DNA from: Eukaryota sp. TZLM1-RC
Lineage: Eukaryota; Protista; Metamonada: BaSk clade
Length of the DNA: 64,000 bases
Direction of reading: 5' to 3'
Assembly (NCBI GenBank): GCA_040285825.1
Contig: JAUPSS010000004.1
Span: 3,142,550-3,206,549, forward strand
Under the pieces are notes generated by a model. That model was given only the letters and a program-made list of their open reading frames with translations, was not told the origin of the DNA and ran no database searches. Within the stretch, counting starts at the first letter, position 1. Every line of letters begins with the position of its first letter. The translations under genes were made by a program, and so were the position numbers. Shown here one piece after another: positions 55,538 to 64,000 of this stretch.

Positions 55538-57446
55538 CTATGGGGTCTCCCGAACGCCTCAGGTCTTTCATTGTAGTAGTGCTCACTTATGGCATTCTCC
55601 AGTTGGTTTCTGGAAGCTGAGATGTCCCTCGACCAGAGTGTCTGACATTTAGGGCAAACAAACTTATCATTGTTTACCCTCCCATCATCGTGATACAACT
55701 TTTGATTGAATACCTTACAGCAATTCGTTTTGGCAGATGTGTAGAATTCATCTCCATTAGGCTTCACATATGTAAAATGTTTCTGAATCTCCTTCAAAAA
55801 GCGCTTCCTTGGGGTTTTCACAGATTGTCTTGATGGCCCATCACCTCCACTACCAAACCAAATTATGGTTTCTCTTCCATTAGCCATTAGTTTAATTTTT
55901 TCAATAAATCCCATTATTCTATTTTGCCTTCTTATAAAAAAATCAAACTTGTTGCGGCGCAGGGCTCGGCGATCTCCATTTATCAGCAGTTGGTCTAGTA
56001 TAGTTCTCGGACGGAAGTCGGGATTGCTGATTTCTTCCTGTGTCGGTACCCACATCAAAGGCATTGCTACTTCATTAAGATATTTGTGTAAATTCTTAGC
56101 AAAATAGCAATTTGGTGATGCATGGGTCAGGACCGGTGGGTGAATGATCTTCCTTGCCTTTGGATTGAGAACAAGGTCCGAAAGTTGATGATCAACATTG
56201 TTATTATCAATTCTTGATCCAATTGAATAACCACACAAATTTTTGTGATTAGGATCAATTGCACAAAATGAATATTCACATGGATCAACTGGCGGAGGCT
56301 CATAGGCGTCGTCAGATCTTCGGCGTTGCCTTGGACGGACCTGTTGTTGAAGTCTAGCGTTTCGCTTCCGACTCTTTGCAGGTATATCGAGTTCCCCACT
56401 GGCTATGGTGGTTGCCAATTCTCTGGCTGTCCGGCGATTCTTATTTTTTTGGGGGCAAAAGAAAAAGTGAAGAGGACTGAAACAGCATCTGACGTGATTG
56501 TGTAAGTGAGATACTTCTTTTTTCTGAAAAAGGCAAACGGATCTTTCAGCAGACAGTGGTTGGCATTAAAAAAGAGAAAATGCTTTTCCAGTTGTTGACC
56601 AAAAGGGATAAAGCCAGGAGAATAACTGGCGGATGGGCACACGGCATTTCTTCGCATGGTGTCAGATGCAATATTTTCCAGAAAGGATAAAGAAGTTAGC
56701 CCAGCAGTGAATAAGAAGGTGATGTTGTTTGGATTGAGATCAACATTGTCCAGCATCAACATAGTGTCAAAACGATGAGGGTCGGCAACTTGCTCAGTAA
56801 ATAGGTCCATTATGTACTCATGGTGATCATCATCATACCATGTGCGCAAAGAGTCAGGAATAGTGGCTGCAGTCGTGTTCACCACCAATGAAGCATATTT
56901 CTTTGGGCAAGGGCACTCAAAGAAGGTAGCCATTGTCCGGAAGAAGTTCAGCTTCCAGGAGACAGGGCCATCAGTAAGTATTTGACAAAAGCTGTTCGCC
57001 ATTCGCAGTGCGCGAAAGCTTTTGATGTCAGAGTGGCACCAGTTGTCGGTTCCCTTCTAAAAGCCAATTTGAGAAAACGGCCAGCCAGGTCGGAAAGAGA
57101 CATCATTGAGTGCGCGGTACATTTCCATATGATTCTCGAATGGGCATCTCACAGTCGGATGAGGTACCATTACAATGTCTTGCCATTGATACCAAAACTG
57201 TTGTTGATATAGCCAGAAAGCCATTTCCGGATATTGCAAGACGAACAGCTGTGCTAACTGGGCAGTAAGCACAGTGACAGTTCGAATATAGCGAAACTGT
57301 CTTTCCATTAAAACAAGAGCTGCAGTAGAGAAGAACTGAGCAGCACTTGCTGGAACTGTCGTCTTGCTGTCGTTTATTGGTTGCTCACGACGGTTAACCT
57401 CCCAGGGGAGTACACGCCCTCGACGTGGCAACTCTGGATTTGCCAT
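55480..57446 (-). pseudogene. Fanzor: Fanzor1 (eukaryotic TnpB-family RNA-guided nuclease), ~655 aa after repairing one in-frame TAG (57057-57059) and one 1-nt deletion (56444-56455)
   Basis: RuvC-I CAIDPN; IIWFGSG..P; rearranged RuvC-II DEFYTSAKTNCC; CPKC; RuvC-III WSRDISASRN; terminal RPEAFGR. Upstream WED-like motifs CPSASYSPGFIPF and TITSDAVSVLF; N-terminal KTTVPAS..FF. Confidence 0.85.
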
Positions 57447-57577
57447 TGGGGTGAATTTGTCATTTGAGAAAAGATCAGACAGTCAACAATAAAAATTTGA
57501 TTTATTCACAACTTCTTACATCTATACAAATAAAAAGCCTGAGCAAAATGATAACTAAACACTATAATACGTGATAT

Positions 57578-58547
57578 TTAAGCTGCCTTAACTATTTTCT
57601 TTGTTGAAAGGGTTACAGTTGAAGGAGTTTTCTCGGTGATAACAGTAGCATATCCAATCAAGAAAACGTGTTGTTTTAATGAGTCCGTATAAAGTTTTTT
57701 TGGGGCATTGACAAAACAGGTCCACCTGAGTTTTTCATTTTGCAGATTTGGGTCCATCCATAAACGCTTTTGCATAAATTGGGCCCTTGTTCTCATTCTC
57801 ACTGGTGTTATCTTCTCCATCACTGTCCTATTGTTCTTTTAATAAACTTTGTCACTTCTGTCACTGATTCTGATATTCTCTATCAATGCTAAATATACAC
57901 TTTTATTATGAACATGAACATTTATACATATCGAAAACTCAACCTCAATACTTCAACAGCTCATCCAATGGAGACAATCCAGATACATGGATGTCAAAGT
58001 GGATGTCAAAGCGCTTACCCAATGATCTGGTCCAATTTTTGCCAAATAATCACTGGCTTTTGGAGAGACAATACAGATCTCTTCACAGTGGGATTGGTAT
58101 TCTGCAACTGTCAAAGCCCTAGCTGTTTCCCACACTTTAATCAATAAAGCTTTGTTTCTAAATCGTTTTGCTACATTATCTGCAAGATGCTTCACACAAT
58201 AACCATGATACTGATTGGGGAAAATGTAGCTCACAGCATCAATCAGACCCTTCTGCCGGTCAGATAAGAAAGTCCAATTACTTGTTCTCAACAAAGCATG
58301 CAGATGTTGCAAGAAAAAACGCCATTCTCTACCGTTTTCTATTTCACAAATACCAAAGGCAATGGGATAAATTCTACCTAACGCATCTACTGTGCAAGCA
58401 GCCAGCAATACACCACCAAAATCACCAGTTAAGTGTGTTCCATCCAAAGTGATCAGAGGCCTACAGAAGCGAATACTATGTAAAGTAGAGTTAAACGAGA
58501 GGAATAGGCGTTGAAATCGTGAGGTTTGTGGACAAGTTTGTAGACGT
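57578..58547 (-). pseudogene. MULE/MuDR (Mutator) transposase, N-terminally deleted and frameshifted
   Basis: RFQRLFL..FCRPLITLDGTHLTG.FGGVLL.A..VDA....PIAFG..E.EN..EW.FFL..L..FLSDRQKGL..AV..FP...H.YC..HL..N: classic MULE domain. Confidence 0.9.
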
Positions 58548-58584
58548 CATTGGTAAGAAGTTTACTGGTGGAAGGTTGAATCGG

Positions 58585-58642
58585 AGAAGGTCCCGTTTTT
58601 GCAAATTTATGTTGACAAGAGGTCCTTTTTTGTCAATTTCTC
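58585..58642 (-). repeat. Putative MULE left terminus
   Basis: Minus strand begins GAGAAATTGACAAAAAAGGACC, with a second copy CAAAAACGGGACC, just upstream of the transposase remnant. No matching right TIR or TSD found. Confidence 0.5.
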
Positions 58643-58788
58643 AGTTTTTTTTCATAATGAGGATCAACTTGACACTTCTTCAATCCTAAAATAGAAACCA
58701 CTCAACCTAACCATGACTCTTGACAGGACAACATTCACAACTTCCTTCGTGACCATGGTACCTCTACCATCCTGTCAATTACCATCCT

Positions 58789-59121
58789 GTGAATTCCAAT
58801 AGAAATTACAATAATACTCTATTCGGAATTGTTGTGTTGATAACCAATGTCCGCAGACCAGTATCTGCTTCCTTTCAAAACTCTCGTCGATATTCATCTG
58901 TCGATAACTTTCTCTCATCTGGATCTTTTCGCTCTGATGAAGACCCTTCCAAGCTTCAGACACGTCTCAACCAAGTCCAACAAGAACTGATTGATCTGAC
59001 GAAACGCTATGCTTCTTATAACGCGTACGCCAGAGTCAAGGAGTTTCAACTCGCTCTGGAAGAAAGAGATTCCATTATTTCATCTCTCCACAACGATATA
59101 ACTCTTGAGTTAATTTTATAA
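58789..59121 (+). other. Short ORF with coiled-coil-like C-terminus, unknown (possibly a gene fragment)
   Basis: LQTRLNQVQQELIDLTKRY..ALEERDSII; followed by AATAAA; no in-frame ATG. Confidence 0.25.
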
Positions 59122-60137
59122 CATCAACTAAAATAAACTTTCTTTCTTGAAAGAATTTTATGTAAGACCCAAAATTGATACCAATTATTATTTACTATTT
59201 TCACTATGTAAATCAACCACTTGATTCAAAGTTGAAGAAACATTTTTAATAATAAAATGGCTGACCCTTTTTTTATTTTGATAAATAAGGGATAAGACAA
59301 AAATTCTCAATCGACTGCACTGGTTCCAATACAGATTGTTTTTTTTTTGATTTCACCAAATTGGTACATGACGAATCGTTCCCTTATTCCTGATTGGCAA
59401 AGGACTGCTCTTTGGCGCAAATTTCAATTGCCAGAAACAGTGAAGAATGTTTAAAAATCAAAAAGGTGATGTGAAATTCACTCAAGGATTCCCCTATTCA
59501 TCCCTTTTTTGTCATTTATAGAAGATACATACATACAGTGTGATGTGAACTCTTCTACAAATCCATTAAGAAACAATTCAATCAATTTTCCACTACTTTT
59601 CGACAACCAAAAGCTCTTTATTTTCATCATTTCTATAAGTTTGTTCACCTCTAAGTTGGGTGGAGTCCAGTTTTCCTCGATTTTAAATAAGTATATCTTT
59701 AATTTCTCATAATGAATTTAGATTTGCTGAAGGAGGTGATGAATGCGACCTTTCTAATTTCGGATTAATTAAGTTCAATTAATTTCTAGGCAAATGAATA
59801 TATTGAATTTCATTTAAATCCCAATAAATTTTTTTATGATTGGTTATTGTCCCAGATCTTTGTGATAAAGGATTTTGCTGTTCTTTTCACTAACTATAGT
59901 AGTGATGCTTTTAAATTTCTTGGTTCCTGGTTAAAAAAATGGGCCTCAAATTGTGCAATAATTACAATGTATCTTTAACAAATTGAAAATTGAACATGAA
60001 TCAATTTCTTCTTTGGATTTAGAATAAAATATTAAATTCCTGATGCTTCAAATTTATTAAACTTAGGGAATAACCCAGATTTTTGGATCTTGTGCTCCTT
60101 GTACAACAATGGATTTTTGTCGAGCCTTTTATTCAAC

Positions 60138-60493
60138 CATACCTGGGCATGACACCCACCCTCGTTTGTCATGACACTGTCATGACACGTTTGTCATGAC
60201 AATTCCGTCATGACAATCATGACACTCATGACAAAATGTTAATTTATTTTTTTTAGAAAATTTTATTTTTTTATTTTTAAAACTGGAATAATTATTGAGA
60301 TAAAAAAAATGTTAATTTATTGGTTGCTAATAAGGTCAAAACAGTTTTCATTCAATAAATGAGGGTGGGTGTCATGCCCAGGTATGTTTTATTGTGATGT
60401 TCAACTATTATAACAAGTGACTGAACTACTAAAATCAGACTGTCATAAACCATGACAAAAAGGCTGTTTGTCATGACGTCATGCCCAGGTATG
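60138..60493. mobile_element. 356-bp hAT-type MITE with an extra internal right TIR
   Basis: 16-bp perfect TIR CATACCTGGGCATGAC; exact 8-bp TSD TATTCAAC (60130-60137, 60494-60501); internal 26-bp perfect TIR at 60361-60386; subterminal TCATGAC repeats. Confidence 0.88.
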
Positions 60494-61339
60494 TATTCAA
60501 CTAAGTCAGAATCCTTTGCTGTTTTATTGATTGACAAAAATGTTTAAACAATCAAGTTTTTGTTCCACAAATTTAAGAATGGATGGTATTACAAAGTCGT
60601 CGATTTTGTGCTATCAGCTTGTTTGACTGAAGGAAAAACTTTTCTTTATGAATATTTCCATAGAATTCTGGAAGTTTTTAAATTGTTAGATCGTAATACT
60701 AAATTATATTTGAATGACTTATCTTTGAACTTGAAAGATTGACATCTCAAATTTGAACCAAATGCTTTTCTCATTCAACTCAATCAATTTTCCACCTTTG
60801 TCATTAGAATTTGAATTTTTTTGTAGCAAAAATAGTCACAAATTGAATATTCTATGAAAAAATAGAAGAGATCAGTTACTGGATTCTTGTGATAAAACAT
60901 TTATAACAAAAATTGCCTAACAGTTTGGTACTCCTTTAGAAGATTCTGGCTGGACTTCAAAGATGAAACTTTGCTCATTAATCAGGCGTGATGAATTACC
61001 CCATAATAACTCGGAGATGTTGTCGAAACATCAAAATTACTCATTAGTTGACATTTGTTGCAAACATTGTATTACCTTCAGAAGCAAGGTAAATGATGCT
61101 GCAGGAGACTAATTATGTTGTAAGCGCAAGTCTCATACATTTGAATCATTTTCGGAACCTCCTTTGGCAAAATCTTGAAGTTGAGGGGATCTTGGCTACT
61201 CACTTGATGTTTTGCTATTTATATTTTATTTTTGTCCACAATATTCGCACGTCTAATTGTAAGTCTACTGTTCTGGAATGTGAAAATTCTGTTTATGAAA
61301 GTGTAATTCATTTTTCTGTTGGTGGTATTATTTGCTCAA

Positions 61340-61470
61340 TTTAATTGAAAATGAATTTATTTTAAAATTTCGCCATTACGGTTTGCTTTAATTTGATGAA
61401 ATAATTCATTTGATAAAAAAACTTAAATTAATTTATTTGAATAAAAACTTGTCGCCATCGTTCTTGATTG
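61340..61470 (-). repeat. ~130-bp dispersed repeat shared with 14465-14595 (+)
   Basis: aatcaagaacgatggcgacaagtttt...aaaccgtaatggcgaaattttaaa occurs at both places. Confidence 0.75.
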
Positions 61471-62485
61471 TCAGTTCTTGATTGTCAATTGTCGTTGATA
61501 TCGACTCCATATCTTTAAGAAAATGAACTCCTAGTCCATGGATCAACTCTCTCCAATTCCAACAATTTCTCTCTTTTTGCAATGGCCTCTCGGGAAGTGC
61601 TGTCGGATGTATCTCGCCAATCCATTCCAACAACCACGGAACTCTCCTCTACTGCTGAAGAATCACTTTCTCCTCCTCTTCGCTCTATCAACCACCAATT
61701 GTTGTCATCCGTGTCATACACTGCTTCTCAATGGCCCTCTCCTTCCCATCCTAACAAACCTCAATCCGACTCAAAACGAGATTAAATTAGGTCTGATGGA
61801 TGTTCTTTTCAAAGACCCTCTCCAGAACCTGCAATAGATGACATCTCCTCATTTGAAAAGGACTTGACACCATTTCCCGATCGATCGGAAAAAAATGATT
61901 GATATTACTTCAGTTCGCGTGATATGGCAAAAGCTTCATGTAAGGAGGACCTTTGCAACCAGAAGTGAGAATGGAGGCATAGAGATTGGATGAAACATTG
62001 GAAGTGGAAAGACGTGATCCTAAATAAGAGCAGAAACCTTTATGGAGATCAACAACTTCACGTGCACAGGTAAAAACTACTTCCAGAACAGGCTAAGTAA
62101 AAGAAAAAGCCTCCACTCTGATGTTAATGAATTCAAGAATAGCCGAAAACTTTCCAAGGGAGAAGAAAAAACCAGAAGGGAGAGAAGTAGATGTTGACGT
62201 TGCAGTAAGTGGAGTTGGATTGAACTTGCAAGTGATTTCCCGGTTTTGTGGTTAGCAGAGCTTAGCCTAAAGTCACATCTAACAGAGTTGACTCTTAAAA
62301 GTTTCCATGAACGGTTGGAGTGACTGCCATCCAATCATGCTCAAAACCTAATTCAGCAAAAGATGGCGAAGAAAAAAAGGACGCATCGTGAACATCAGGA
62401 AGGACCGATGGAGTTCAGGCGCCAAGAATCGGGGTAAAATGAGACATTGAATATAATGAGAATATAAAATGCTTATGAAATGCGT

Positions 62486-63000
62486 TTAGGTTCTCGATTT
62501 TGAAAAAGCAAAGAATTTGTCCCAATTTCTTCTCTCCCATGGTTGATCATCCAGGTAGTTTCTTGTGTATGTTACACAGAGGGTTGCTCCTTGAGCCTCG
62601 TGCTCTTCCGTGTGGTCATTACTTTTGCCGTTCGTGCCTTGATGAGTAGTTGAGTTTGAACAAACTTGTTCTTCCTGTCCTCTGACGTTCTTAGTGTTCG
62701 TTTGAGACAAGAAAACTTCCCAAGATCGACCGAATGAATAACATAGGGCTTCAGCACATCCTTCATTAGGTCTTCCAACTGATAGTTCCGTGATACTTCA
62801 TGCGGAGATACTGCAGGATGGACAAGTTTGATTTAAACCCAACCACTCATCAAAACACTAACGGCAAAAGGAATGACCACACGGAAGAGTACGGAGCTCA
62901 AGGAGCAACCCTCTGTGTACCATAAACAAGAAACTATATGGATGATCACCCATGGGAGAAAAGAAATTTGGACCAATTTTCTGCTTGGGTCAAAAGCAGA
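62486..63000. repeat. Diverged inverted duplication (~190-bp arms, 62486-62680 and 62815-63000)
   Basis: Both arms encode NGK.NDHTEE..AQGATLCV..TRNY(L/M)DD.PWE.RN.D.F. Confidence 0.7.
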
Positions 63001-63088
63001 TCAAGATTGTGTAGATGAAATCTTGGTTCAATGATAGTCGTTTCATCAGTTATGAATTAATTTAATTAAGTGTGCATGTTCAATAAAT
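63000..63088 (+). mobile_element. CRE-like family A, extreme 3' end
   Basis: caagattgtgtagatgaaatcttggttcaatgatagtcg...caataaa. Confidence 0.8.
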
Positions 63089-63235
63089 ATCAGTTTTTTG
63101 TTTCATTTTTAATTTGTTTGAAAAACTTTTGAGACCAATCTACAAATGCCTTAGTAGCATTTGGTAGATCCACTTAGATACATCAAGGCTTTGTTCTGTG
63201 AAAGCAGTAGGTGTATTCAAGTGAGGTAGCCCATT

Positions 63236-63362
63236 GATGAAGATCATGATCTTCTTTGTCAAATGACGATACATGTCTCTTACAGCCTGTGAGTAGACAT
63301 TGAGAAAGTGGAAAACTGGAGTGAATTTCACAGGGGAATGCATGGTATGTGAAATTCACAAT
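63236..63362 (-). repeat. ~125-bp dispersed repeat shared with 36433-36552 (+)
   Basis: Both read SPVKFTPVFHFL..YSQ.VRDM.RHLTK.IMIFI. Confidence 0.7.
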
Positions 63363-63387
63363 ATGCTCTCCAGGTGAATCCACAATT

Positions 63388-64000
63388 ATGTCCTCATCGG
63401 TACCCAAAACTCCCCGTTCTATTCCTGTTGATACATCAAGAAAGGTTCGCAAGACTACATCTGATGCTCCTAAAAAAATACGTCTAGAACCACCGTCGAT
63501 GTCCCAGAAGCGCTCTTGGGCACCAAGTGAACCCTCTGCTCGCTTAGCTGATCTTGGTGGTCTTGAATGTGTCAGTGACATAACAAAACTTGTACTTAAC
63601 CCGTTTAAACATAATGACCTCTACTCTTCTCTCCAAGTCACTCCTCCTAAAGGTATACTATTAACTGGACCTCCCGGTTGTGGGAAAACAGCTCTCGCTA
63701 ATGCTATTGGAGGAGAACTTGTAGATCTCAAAGTTAAATTCTACAAAGTTGCTGCTCCTGAAATTGTATCTGGGATGAGCGGGGAATCAGAGTCCAACAT
63801 TCGTTCTCTATTCGAGGAAGCCGTGTCCTCAGCCCCTTCTTTAATTTTCATTGATGAGGTAGATGCTATCGCCCCCAAGAGAGAATCCACTCCTCGAGAA
63901 ATGGAGAAGAGAATTGTTTCACAACTCTTGTCTTCTATTGATTCATTAGAGGACGTTCCTGTTGATAAGTCAGTAATAATTATCGCTGCTACGTCTAGAC
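63388..64000 (+). CDS. NVL: AAA+ ATPase NVL/Rix7 (ribosome biogenesis), partial, runs off the window
   Basis: Not in the ORF track because it has no stop in the window. LADLGGL, PPKGILLTGPPGCGKT, APEIVSGMSGESE, LIFIDEVDAIAPKRE, REMEKRIVSQLL. Confidence 0.85.
   Translation, partial: MSSSVPKTPRSIPVDTSRKVRKTTSDAPKKIRLEPPSMSQKRSWAPSEPSARLADLGGLECVSDITKLVLNPFKHNDLYSSLQVTPPKGILLTGPPGCGKTALANAIGGELVDLKVKFYKVAAPEIVSGMSGESESNIRSLFEEAVSSAPSLIFIDEVDAIAPKRESTPREMEKRIVSQLLSSIDSLEDVPVDKSVIIIAATSR

Noticed and set aside
47177-57059. TAG reassignment or readthrough, suggested by TAGs ending ORFs at 57057, 56403 and 47177
   Set aside because: Readthrough at 47177 and 56403 does not reach the conserved downstream frame. 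Long host ORFs contain no internal TAG, and several (4948, 29278, 53061) end in TAG.
60138-60232. CRISPR-like array from the repeated TCATGAC motifs
   Set aside because: Units are 7-10 bp with only a few nt between them, lie inside a TIR/TSD-bounded MITE, and the DNA is eukaryotic with no cas genes.
1-64000. tRNA, rRNA or spliced-leader genes as CRE targets
   Set aside because: No cloverleaf, rRNA-like or repeated SL-like sequence was recognised by eye next to CRE copies; tRNAscan or Infernal would be needed to exclude them formally.

Overview
AT-rich, intron-poor eukaryotic DNA from a flagellated protist (axonemal dynein tail, TBC1D19, CEP162-like; 26-28 nt introns), standard genetic code. 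About 15 compact host genes are present: cyclin H, a Sen1/Upf1-like pseudo-helicase, TBC1D19, DONSON-like, Rrp42, a dynein heavy-chain tail, an IQ protein, a RAD51 paralog, a TMEM104-like transporter, RPSA, Nup96 and NVL/Rix7. The intergenic spaces are packed with 5'-truncated CRE-like (RT + RLE) non-LTR retrotransposons of several families. Main observations: (1) a ~3.2-kb MULE/MuDR-associated Fanzor1 locus (55.4-58.6 kb), reconstructable to ~655 aa with an intact RuvC D-E-D triad and candidate omega-RNA hairpins; (2) three ~1.1-kb gag-only LTR mini-retrotransposons of two diverged families, two of which sit at the identical nucleotide of two different CRE copies; (3) an apparent 28-nt GT-AT intron; (4) two tiny hAT-type MITEs with exact 8-bp TSDs. 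All family assignments are from motif recognition by eye; no searches were run.
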